DNA from: Pachysolen tannophilus NRRL Y-2460
Taxonomy: Eukaryota
DNA: 64,000 nucleotides
NCBI GenBank assembly: GCA_001661245.1
Contig: KV454014.1
Location: forward strand, 1,197,989 to 1,261,988
Direction: 5' to 3'
Shown here: in pieces, positions 46,329 through 55,657 of the stretch
Position numbering within the stretch: position 1 is the first letter of the stretch
How the letters are laid out: each line of letters begins with the position of its first letter
Notes under the pieces: generated by a model
The model's database searches: none
Told to the model about the DNA's origin: nothing
The model's input: the letters and a program-made list of their open reading frames with translations, nothing else
Program-made: the position numbers and the translations under genes

Positions 46329-47732
46329 TTAAATACCAAGTTCAGCTTCAACTTCAGTTACGGCTCTGAAGACGTATTCGATGACTTGGTCTACAAGTTC
46401 TTTAGTGATAATGAAAGATGGTGCAAACAAGATGTGGTCACCTTTAACACCATCGATAGTACCTTGAGCAGCCATATTAGTAGCACCAAATTCATAAATC
46501 TTATTACCAATCTTGTGTGCAACATCAAGTTCAACTGGGAATGGCTCTTTAGTCTTTTGATCTTTAACGATTTCAAAAGACCAGAATCCACCTCTACCTC
46601 TAACATCACCAACAATCTTAGTTTTAGTTAATAATTCTGTTAATCTTTCACCAAGATAATTACCAACGTTATAGATATTTTGAACCAACTTATCTCTAGA
46701 AACTTTCTTTTGGACAGCTAAAGCAACTCTACAATTAAAAGCATGAGAATGATAAGTTTGAGCACCTAAAATTTTACCACTACCATTAACGAAAACGTCT
46801 TTAACTTTTGGTGAAACCAAGACACCAGCAATTGTAACATAACCTGAACCTAAAGTCTTACCAATGGTTTGAATATCTGGACCAACAAAACCTTTTGAAC
46901 CATCGGCCAAGGTAATGAATTGTTCCCAAGCGTGTAAAGTACCACAACGACCCATACCACACATAACTTCATCCAACATAAATAAAGCTCCATATTTATG
47001 ACAAATGTCTCTAACACCGTCCAAGTATCCTGGAATTGGTAATGGGTTACCATAAGTGGAACCACCAACAGTTTCACAAATGAATGCAGCGACAGTTTCA
47101 GGACCATTTTCAATAAAAGTTTCCTCAACTTCTTGTAACAATCTATCTTTATATTGTTCTAAAGTTTCACCTTCTTTAGTATTACGGTAAGCATAAACTT
47201 GAGAAACTTTTGGTGTAATTTCTTGTGGTAATAAGATTTCTGTAAAACCTTCTTTTCTACAATTATCACCAATAGATAAAGCACCCAAGGTATAACCATG
47301 ATAAGATTGTTTTCTAGAAATAAATTTAACTCTTTTAGTATCACCTTTTTCATTATGATATTGTCTAATAATTTTCATTGCATTTTCATTTGATTCAGAA
47401 CCTGAACCTGTAAATAACGCAGAAGCAAAAGCACCTTTTGGAGATTCCTGAATGATGAATTCAGCCAAATCTTCAGCTGCATAATTACAAACAGTAACTG
47501 GGAAAGAATAAACTGACTCCTTAGCAGCTTTGCACATTTCTTCAATAACTTCTGGATCTCCATGACCAAGAGAACCAACGGCGGCACCTGTAGATGAATC
47601 AATATACGTCTTTGTTTCACCAGTAGATGGATCTTCAATTGAAATATACAGACCCTTACCATGAACTGCCATAGGCAATTTTTTTTCAACCTCAACTTGG
47701 AAAACGTGAGAAACTTGATCAGTAACAGTCAT
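46329..47732 (-). CDS. Class III PLP-dependent aminotransferase (omega-amino acid type), substrate unknown
   Basis: SGSESNE, SYHG, LDEVMCGMGR, PDIQTIGKTLGSGY, VRGRG motifs. Confidence 0.9.
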   Translation of the reverse strand: MTVTDQVSHVFQVEVEKKLPMAVHGKGLYISIEDPSTGETKTYIDSSTGAAVGSLGHGDPEVIEEMCKAAKESVYSFPVTVCNYAAEDLAEFIIQESPKGAFASALFTGSGSESNENAMKIIRQYHNEKGDTKRVKFISRKQSYHGYTLGALSIGDNCRKEGFTEILLPQEITPKVSQVYAYRNTKEGETLEQYKDRLLQEVEETFIENGPETVAAFICETVGGSTYGNPLPIPGYLDGVRDICHKYGALFMLDEVMCGMGRCGTLHAWEQFITLADGSKGFVGPDIQTIGKTLGSGYVTIAGVLVSPKVKDVFVNGSGKILGAQTYHSHAFNCRVALAVQKKVSRDKLVQNIYNVGNYLGERLTELLTKTKIVGDVRGRGGFWSFEIVKDQKTKEPFPVELDVAHKIGNKIYEFGATNMAAQGTIDGVKGDHILFAPSFIITKELVDQVIEYVFRAVTEVEAELGI

Positions 47733-47778
47733 TTTTGTTTTCTTTTCTTTCCTTGCTTCTAATTAATTATAGATCTTA

Positions 47779-48474
47779 TCGGCGGCTAATTAATTATTGA
47801 AAAATAATGAACTAAAACCAAAACCAAAAAACAACAATAAAATAGAAAATTTCAAACCTTTAAATATCAATCAATAACCCTCTGGCGCTAAAAAATTTCA
47901 AAAAAAAAAAAGTTTTCTTTCAAATAAAAATTCAAATTCAACTTTATGATAGCAATTAGATAATTAATACCTTTTTTATATTTGATCATTTTACCGTCTT
48001 TACATTTGATTTCTTGGAGCTTTCACCTTATCGCTAAAACAAAAACAATTTTTAAGCCGTATCTTAAAAACCCCCAAAAAAAAACCAAAAAGAGAAACTT
48101 ATCCGCTTTTGGGGGTTGGTTGGGGGCTAGTAAAGGACGGTTAAGGGGATGCGGCGCTTAATTGCCCCAAAAAGGGTAAGAACAGATCTATGCTTAACTA
48201 TAACTGTCTGCGGTAACAGGACTGCGCGAAAGTGGCCTTCATCTTTTTAGCAGCCGCCAGCCAGCCGCCAAGTTTATTATAGGGGTCGAAGTATAAATGT
48301 GTCCGGTTAGCAAACTGTTTGTGTTTGGTTTAGGGGGGAAGAGGAAGAAAGGAAAAAGAAAGGAAGGAACAGGAAAAGGTAAATGGAGGCGGGCGGAATT
48401 TTTATTAGCCTGCCTTTCTTTTCTTTTTTTTTGGCGGACTTTTTTTTTCTTTTGGCGTCTACTTCTGGCGGCTA
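47779..48474. promoter_or_regulatory. URS1/Ume6-type GGCGGCT sites (47781, 48252, 48263, 48467) plus GATAAG sites upstream of the aminotransferase
   Basis: TCGGCGGCTA, AGCCGCC twice, TGGCGGCTA; CTTATC at 47775, 48027, 48098. Confidence 0.65.
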
Positions 48475-48623
48475 ATCTGGATTTGGTTTTAAGCGCTTAA
48501 ATACTATGTATGGATGTTGTATAATTTTTATAGGTACTAAATATTACTATGTATATGTTATTATATATAAACTTTTCACAACATTCTATTCTAACTATTT
48601 TATTTTTATAAGACTACTTTAAT

Positions 48624-51600
48624 TTAATTTGGTTTATTCAGGTGGTAGTAGTTACCGCTATTTTCAATATCTTTGTAAATTTTCTTTAAACGTTTGTTTT
48701 CGGATCTTGTTAGGTTTTTAATCATTAAACTATTGTTCAAATTATCGTTAATCTTGATTAAATTTTTACTAAGAAACATATTGATTAAAAAAATTGGGAA
48801 ATTATTTGGGATTTTATTTAATATAATTTCAAATTTTTTAAATAATTCATCAATATTTTGTTCTTGGTGTTCGTTAAATTTAAAAATCTTGTGATTATTT
48901 AAAAAATTTTCTATTAAATTAAAATCGTTTAAACTCAAATAATGTTCAAAGACTTGTAGTAATAATTTTTCATTCAATTCGGAATCATCTTTAGTTAAAA
49001 CTCCATTTCCAGTTTCTTCTTCTTCTTCTTCTTCTACTACTACTTCTACTACTTCCTCTTCCGGTACTATTAGTTTATCTTTATTCTGTGTAAAGTTTAA
49101 TTTGTTTCTTGGATGATTATGCTCCTGGATGAAATGATCAATTTTATGATCAAAATTAACAAATTCAATTGGAATCTTAAAAGTCATAGCTAAAGTTTCT
49201 GCACTTTTAAAATCTGTTAATTGACATAGCTGATCAATACATGACTCATATGATCCTAATTTGAAAATAATCAATATTAGTAAATAGGGCAAGTTATTGT
49301 TAATTTTAAGTTTTGATTCACATGTTTTTAATACATTTTTATTTTCATTTTTATTGGTAATTATTTTTGATTCCCTCGATATAATAGATATAAAATTGCA
49401 TAAATTATTATGCAATTTAACAAATTCATTATTTTTAATTGTTTTTAAAGATTCAATCTTCCAATATTTATCAAATGTCGATTTTGGAATTTTTAAAATC
49501 CGATATTTAGATATTAATAATTCCAAACTTTCTTGTAAATTTTTATCCTGATCTAATAATTTTAACATCTTGTTCAAAATTTCAATAATTAAATCACCAA
49601 TAAATTGAATCTCACTTTTTTCAACAACTAATACTTGTAAATAACTTAATTTTAAACCTCCACTATCTTCAGATATCTTATCAAGTAAAGTTAACACTTT
49701 ATGTTCGTTAATATTACATTTCAATTGTGAAGAAGCAAACAACTTAACTGCATATTTCGGATGTTTTGTAACTAACCATTCCCCATATTTCCAAATAGAT
49801 TGTTCATCGTCAAAATTATTCACTATAAACTCAATCAAGTTTTCTAATTTTAATTCATCATTTCTTTGGAAAAAAATCTCAAAATCATCATCTTGAATTT
49901 CATTTTCTAAAAGTTTCATGAATAAATTAACTGAATTTGATGCTTGTCCCAAATGTTCATAATATTTACAAGCAACATAAAATTTCTTATTTTCAAGTAA
50001 AATGTTCACAGTCTCATCTTTCATTATTAAAACATATTCTTTAATTAAATCTGTGAAATTATTAATAGCATGTACATTAGTAAATGAATTATCAGATAAA
50101 TATTCTAAAACTAATGAAACTTCTAATGTCTTGAAAATAACATGTCCATCCTCTCCTTTGAAAATAGATCGTTTGTTCATCCATCCATTTAAAAACAATT
50201 TATAAAATTCATTAACAGCTGATTTTTTAGACTTGAGTCCTGAGTCACTGATTTCATCATTTAAAATCAGTTGAATCTTTGTTCTTACATTTCGTATTTT
50301 CTCCAGTAATGATGAAAACGTTAATAACCCACCATATATATATTTGATGTTTTTGGTGAAAATGAAAATCAAAACTCTTGGATCTAAGTTACCATCAATC
50401 CAATAATCAAATGCTCTATCAAATTGTAAATCACCAACAAGAATTAGACCAATTAGTAATGTTATAAAATCAGATTCAACCTTACCATAGTCTGTCGAGT
50501 TATCTGAAATCCTAATCTCGTCCTGTAGATCTTCAATTACTGATTCAGTGTTATTTGCATTTTTGTCAGCCAAATCAACTAATCTAACAAGCTTAGGAGT
50601 CGGAAGAAACAATTTCACTCCTTCCTTGACACCATAAAGTAAACTTGATGATGATATATTAGAAATTTTTGAGATTTTCAGGTCAAAGTCCGAAATCTTT
50701 TCCTTTAATTCGTAGTCTTTTATATCTCCATTATTCAGAAGTACAGAAAGTCTGATTAATTCAATAATTTTATCATTTGCAAAATTGAAAATATGGCTGA
50801 CACTGGACACTTTAACTTTGTCATCACACGTAATTTGCTGAGCTTGCAGTTGATCATGAATAGAATGTATAACTACCTCATTACCACTATTCAAAACTGC
50901 AATTGCGTATGGATAATCAACAATTAATGAGGACGGGTAAGAGCTCCATGGAATAGTTCCTCTACTTATATCACCATTTGTATTAACAATCATTCCCATG
51001 GATGGTTCCTCTTTTGTATTACCACACGAAAGTAAGAATTCTCTTTTACCAACAGGGAATATTAGTGGTTTTAACAGCAATTTTTTCGATGTGGAAACAT
51101 CATCATTTTCGGTTTTATTGAAAGAAGTTGATATTGGGAACAAAGGTATTTTTTGACCTCGTATCATATCAACTAAATCGTAACCAAATTGAGTTGCTGC
51201 TGCTGCGTAATTAGATCTTCTGATACCTGCTATTGAATTTGGATAATTGAGATCCTTGATTAATTTTATGGAATCTGATGCTACCCTTACCAATCTTATA
51301 CATTTTTTCGTAAGCAACGTTGCCACTATTCCATGGGTTTGATCATACTCCGCAATTTTGTTGGAGTTTCTTAAGTCTAACTTAAAAGAATCCCAATCTA
51401 AAGATATGTCATTCACGTCTTTAATCTTTCCAATATTTGCAGGTGACAATTCAGGCAACATAAAACAAGAAAGAATCGAACCGCTCAAAACCAAGGCCCT
51501 AGATATGCTAGGTAATAATACGATCTTTTTAATTTGTCTTGTCTTGGTTTCACTAAATCTTTGTCTAGATATTAACATATATCCTATTTCATCATCAATT

Positions 51601-52430
51601 TTAAAATAATGCAATAGTTCCCCAACTGAAGTTCCAATATAAATGTTTGAGTCAAATGATTCTATACTCGTCACCTGTGCATTTTGAGATTCGGGTATTT
51701 CTGAATTTTCCACTGGAATTGAATTAATCAATGAAACTAAAGAATATGGACCAGATGATATTATAGGATCATGATGTATTTCCTTCAATTTCAAGTTTTT
51801 ATTTTCATTATCCTTTGGATCCTCAACGGGATCAGTTTTCCCATCGAACTCTTTATTATCGTTTTCCGAAAAATCTTTTTGACTAGAAACACCCAGCTCA
51901 GAATTCTCAGCCGTCTCTTTACAATCTTGATTTTGAGACGTTTCATCTGTCTCTGTATTCACATCTTTCTCATCGAGGTTATTATTATTGACTTTAATTT
52001 CACCTTTTTGCTGCTTTTCTTCCTTTTCCTCTTCCATTTCCAGAACTCCTTCGAGTGCTTCCAGAGTTTCTTTGTGATTCATTTCAGGCAATAATTCTAA
52101 GTTAGAATTTGAGTTTAAATCATCAGGACTATTTTCATTTGCATTTTCCTGTATTACATCCTGCGGTACCGATTCCTTTACTTCATTATTAGACAAATCA
52201 GATGATAATGACTCTTTTGTTTCTTCAGTACAATTATCTGGCAATTTTGCCGTTTCCAGGCTTTCTTCGTTATTTGAATCAATTGATTCATTTTCCACTT
52301 GAGTATTACCTTTGCTGTTTCCACCCGCAGCATAATCTTCATTATTATCGCTATGATTATTATTCCCTGCAACATCTACTTCTCCATTTTTGCTATTTTT
52401 TCTATTCTTAGACTTTTGGCGTTTAGCCAT
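48624..52430 (-). CDS. VPS3: CORVET subunit Vps3 (CNH domain plus alpha-solenoid)
   Basis: NIYIGTSVGELLHYF, LPELSPANIGKIKDV, NGDISRGTIPW, LDPRVLI; long acidic N-terminus. Confidence 0.85.
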   Translation of the reverse strand: MAKRQKSKNRKNSKNGEVDVAGNNNHSDNNEDYAAGGNSKGNTQVENESIDSNNEESLETAKLPDNCTEETKESLSSDLSNNEVKESVPQDVIQENANENSPDDLNSNSNLELLPEMNHKETLEALEGVLEMEEEKEEKQQKGEIKVNNNNLDEKDVNTETDETSQNQDCKETAENSELGVSSQKDFSENDNKEFDGKTDPVEDPKDNENKNLKLKEIHHDPIISSGPYSLVSLINSIPVENSEIPESQNAQVTSIESFDSNIYIGTSVGELLHYFKIDDEIGYMLISRQRFSETKTRQIKKIVLLPSISRALVLSGSILSCFMLPELSPANIGKIKDVNDISLDWDSFKLDLRNSNKIAEYDQTHGIVATLLTKKCIRLVRVASDSIKLIKDLNYPNSIAGIRRSNYAAAATQFGYDLVDMIRGQKIPLFPISTSFNKTENDDVSTSKKLLLKPLIFPVGKREFLLSCGNTKEEPSMGMIVNTNGDISRGTIPWSSYPSSLIVDYPYAIAVLNSGNEVVIHSIHDQLQAQQITCDDKVKVSSVSHIFNFANDKIIELIRLSVLLNNGDIKDYELKEKISDFDLKISKISNISSSSLLYGVKEGVKLFLPTPKLVRLVDLADKNANNTESVIEDLQDEIRISDNSTDYGKVESDFITLLIGLILVGDLQFDRAFDYWIDGNLDPRVLIFIFTKNIKYIYGGLLTFSSLLEKIRNVRTKIQLILNDEISDSGLKSKKSAVNEFYKLFLNGWMNKRSIFKGEDGHVIFKTLEVSLVLEYLSDNSFTNVHAINNFTDLIKEYVLIMKDETVNILLENKKFYVACKYYEHLGQASNSVNLFMKLLENEIQDDDFEIFFQRNDELKLENLIEFIVNNFDDEQSIWKYGEWLVTKHPKYAVKLFASSQLKCNINEHKVLTLLDKISEDSGGLKLSYLQVLVVEKSEIQFIGDLIIEILNKMLKLLDQDKNLQESLELLISKYRILKIPKSTFDKYWKIESLKTIKNNEFVKLHNNLCNFISIISRESKIITNKNENKNVLKTCESKLKINNNLPYLLILIIFKLGSYESCIDQLCQLTDFKSAETLAMTFKIPIEFVNFDHKIDHFIQEHNHPRNKLNFTQNKDKLIVPEEEVVEVVVEEEEEEETGNGVLTKDDSELNEKLLLQVFEHYLSLNDFNLIENFLNNHKIFKFNEHQEQNIDELFKKFEIILNKIPNNFPIFLINMFLSKNLIKINDNLNNSLMIKNLTRSENKRLKKIYKDIENSGNYYHLNKPN

Positions 52431-52619
52431 CGTTACCTAAATAATCATATATCTCCTTCTCCTATTGAACTCAAGTATTCCTTGTTTATTATGTATCTAC
52501 ATGAACATTAAAAAGTATGCGAAATTTATTTTTTTAAATTTTTGTTAGTAAAACACATCTCTATAAAACTATCTAATTAATTACATCAATACAATTTTAA
52601 AAATTTTTTTGATGAAAGC

Positions 52620-54179
52620 TCATCCAAAGATTCTAACACCATCATTTTGAATCTCTTCCTCTTCTTCTTCTTCTTCATTTTGTTCGTTTTGTTCACTTGC
52701 ACTTTCTTCAGCATCAGACTGTTCATTCATGTTAACTTTTTGTCCCAATAAGCCAGCAAAATATTCATCTATTTGATGATCACTCCATTTATCTTTAGAG
52801 TTTCTCGGAGTTTCAAAGTTTGCAATTGGTTCCTGAATTTTATAGTTTAATTTTCTTCCCTTTGAAGCTTTTCTTTCGTAATTTTTATGTGATTTTAAAG
52901 TAGATTTATTAACAATAACCATGGATGATGATAGTTGATTATTTGAAGATGATAATTTTTTATCGACTAAATCGTTCAATAATGATCTATAAAAATCTTC
53001 ATCATCAAATATGTATTGATTTTCTTGTAAAGATTTATCAATGTTCTTGATGATTGGGTTTGAGTCATCTTCAAAATTAGTTTCATCCGTTTCATGTTTC
53101 TTATCTTCAACATAACCCAACGGTATAATATTTCTTCTATTGATTCTAGTTCTCTTTATCATTCTTTCCATATCTTGTAAATTGGTTTCGACCTGAATAT
53201 TAGCATTTTGGTTAACAATCTTGAATTTATTAGAATTCAATGCTGTGGAACCTGAAGAGCTTTGAACTTTATGAGACCATTTTACTAAAACATTTTTCCT
53301 ATATCTATTTAAAATTGAATCTAATTCATTTGTTTGATCCAAATAATCACTCAGTTTTCTTTTCCTATTATTTAATTTAACCTGTGATTTTATAACATTC
53401 TCCTTCAAAAATATTTTACTTCTTAATTCAAATATAGAATCTAACAGATCATATAATTTATCTTCAATTGTTTTTATCATTGAACTGCTTTTATTATCTT
53501 TAAATTCTTCATATATCTCTTTTTTTATAGGTAACTGATTTGAAGCGATTAATGATTTTTGCAATTTTATTCTTAAATCCAAAAATTGATCAAAATATTT
53601 TTGTTGATTCAAAACTGCGTACCCTTTTAAAGCATCATTCTGTGCTGATTCTGAAAGTCTGTTTACAATGTGTTTTCTCTCGTTTGATAATAATTCTTTT
53701 AATTTATTTCTCTTATATTTGTCATCAGTTACATCTTCCAAGTCGTCGTTTTCTTCCAAGTTTTCGTCTTCATCTTCTTCTTCAACATCTTCTTCCTCAA
53801 TCAGTTCCTCGGAATCTGACTCAAACGATATCAGACTATTCTCACTTTCTGTATTTTCCTCTTCTTCTTCTTCTTCTCCTTCATCTTCTTCACTTTCATC
53901 TTCATATAAATCCTTCCGACTCTTCAGTTCACCACTATATTTCACACCATTTACTTTCAATCCATCATCTCTCAATCTTGACTTTGGAACATGAACATAA
54001 TGCTGTTTCTCTAATTCCTCATCTTTACCTTCGTCAGCGCTATCATCACCATCTTCATCATTAAACTGATCATCTTCAAAATGTTCAAAAACATCTCTTT
54101 CTGTATCTTCAATATCAAAATCCAGAACCCGCGGCTTTGCGAGCTCGGAAATTTGGTCCGCTAATGACTTCTTGCCCAT
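52620..54179 (-). CDS. BFR2: Bfr2/AATF ribosome biogenesis factor
   Basis: DALKGYAV, LDLRIKLQK, IFDDEDFYRSLLNDLVDKK, RKASKGRKLNY; ATG at 54179. Confidence 0.95.
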   Translation of the reverse strand: MGKKSLADQISELAKPRVLDFDIEDTERDVFEHFEDDQFNDEDGDDSADEGKDEELEKQHYVHVPKSRLRDDGLKVNGVKYSGELKSRKDLYEDESEEDEGEEEEEEENTESENSLISFESDSEELIEEEDVEEEDEDENLEENDDLEDVTDDKYKRNKLKELLSNERKHIVNRLSESAQNDALKGYAVLNQQKYFDQFLDLRIKLQKSLIASNQLPIKKEIYEEFKDNKSSSMIKTIEDKLYDLLDSIFELRSKIFLKENVIKSQVKLNNRKRKLSDYLDQTNELDSILNRYRKNVLVKWSHKVQSSSGSTALNSNKFKIVNQNANIQVETNLQDMERMIKRTRINRRNIIPLGYVEDKKHETDETNFEDDSNPIIKNIDKSLQENQYIFDDEDFYRSLLNDLVDKKLSSSNNQLSSSMVIVNKSTLKSHKNYERKASKGRKLNYKIQEPIANFETPRNSKDKWSDHQIDEYFAGLLGQKVNMNEQSDAEESASEQNEQNEEEEEEEEIQNDGVRIFG

Positions 54180-54223
54180 CACCTATAGAAACTTGTTCAA
54201 TTATGAATTCAAATATGAAAAGA

Positions 54224-54267
54224 GCTCATCTATATATTATATATAAAGTTATACAAAAAAATTTTCA
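54224..54267 (-). promoter_or_regulatory. PAC (GATGAGC) and RRPE (TGAAAATTTT) elements in the BFR2 promoter
   Basis: Both consensus motifs within 90 bp of the BFR2 start. Confidence 0.75.
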
Positions 54268-54283
54268 GCGCCTTTAAAAATTA

Positions 54284-54495
54284 CAAATGCAATCAAACTG
54301 CGTCTCAAATGCGCTCAAAATGCAATTTAAAGGCGTACTGAAGTGCGTAAGCAAGATACAAATACATTGCGTGCCACAAGGTGCACATATCCTACGCAGT
54401 ATATTTGACAAAATGTGCACTTAGTAATGCGCTTAATTGTGTGTTTTATGTGCGCTTTCTCTATATTTAAATGCGTATCACTTTTTGTGTGCATT
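54284..54495 (+). repeat. Degenerate ~11-bp repeat / TGCG-TGCA array
   Basis: TGC (once GGC) at 54288, 54299, 54310, 54321, 54332, 54344, then further copies to 54490. Confidence 0.6.
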
Positions 54496-54634
54496 TTTGT
54501 TTTTATTTTTTCTTTAATAATTCATAAACAAATAATAATTATAATCAATCTATATTGATGTTATCCTTTTCATATTTCTTTTTTTTTTTTTTTTTTTTTG
54601 AAAGAGTGTTTTTGCTTGATAAAAAAATCATTCA

Positions 54635-55061
54635 ATGAAGTTAACGATTAAGAGGTGGCATGCAGTGACATCATGGTATTGGGATATTTTAAATGATGAA
54701 TTGTGTGGTATTTGTAGAGTGTCATTTGATGGTACTTGTCCAGTTTGTAAATATCCAGGTGATGAATGTCCTTTAGGTAAGTCAATAACTAATTTTTCAA
54801 ATTTTTTTATTTTTATTTGGTTTTTAATTGCTTTTTTACTGACTGTTTTAAGTTATTGGTGAATGTCAGCATGCATTTCATATGCATTGTATCTTGAAAT
54901 GGTTAGAGACAGATACATCAAAAGGATTATGTCCGATGTGTAGACAAGCCTTTAAGATGAATGGCGGTAGTGATATCTTGACAAATTCAGCACTGGAAAA
55001 TGATAATAATCAAAATAATAACCTTGGTGAAAATACTCTGGAAATCGTTATGGAAAGGTGA
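54635..55061 (+). CDS. APC11: APC/C RING-H2 subunit Apc11; exons 54635-54776 and 54853-55061 (116 aa)
   Basis: [48 protein letters not shown] after splicing. Confidence 0.96.
54777..54852 (+). other. Spliceosomal intron in APC11 (76 nt)
   Basis: GTAAGT donor, TACTGAC at 54837-54843, AAG acceptor; restores the RING domain. Confidence 0.93.
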
Positions 55062-55657
55062 ATTTTAGATCCGATCAGAAACAACAAAAATTAAATGTAA
55101 CTATTGAGTTTGCTCAATTTTACAAAAAAATAGCTTTTGACAGAGCCGGCGATTTACAGTAACTGGTATTAGGTCAAGTACTAAAATTTTCCAATGGCTA
55201 GCTATATTGACAATTAAAATGAGCTATAGATTGATAATCTCATGTCATACAACTGCTAACCGGTAATTACTTACAGCGGATAATCTAAAAACGTGATTTT
55301 TTTTGCTTTTTCTTTCTTTCTTCCGGTTTTTCAGCAAAGAGAAATTTTAAAAAGAACATACTGAAACTTGAATGATATTCATATCGAAAATTAATTCTTC
55401 CAAATAAGAATTATCTGTCTGCTTTTATGATTATTTGTTTCATTTCATTGTTAATATAAATTCGGATTTATAATAGATTCTCCGGAAGTCGTGTATTTTG
55501 GTATTGAAAAGTTTTTTCAATTTTTTTTTTTTCATTTCATTTCATTTTGTATATGATGATGGTCTTTACATAAATTTTTCACTTTTTTTTTTTGTAAAAT
55601 GTTACTTGTAGCTGATAGAATTTTTAGAGTTTCAAGTTGGAAGATTTAGAAGAGTAT

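Noticed and set aside
55553..55615. Box C/D-like ATGATGA...CTGA
   Set aside because: Interior is poly-T promoter/5' UTR sequence of PRO1; no rRNA complement recognised
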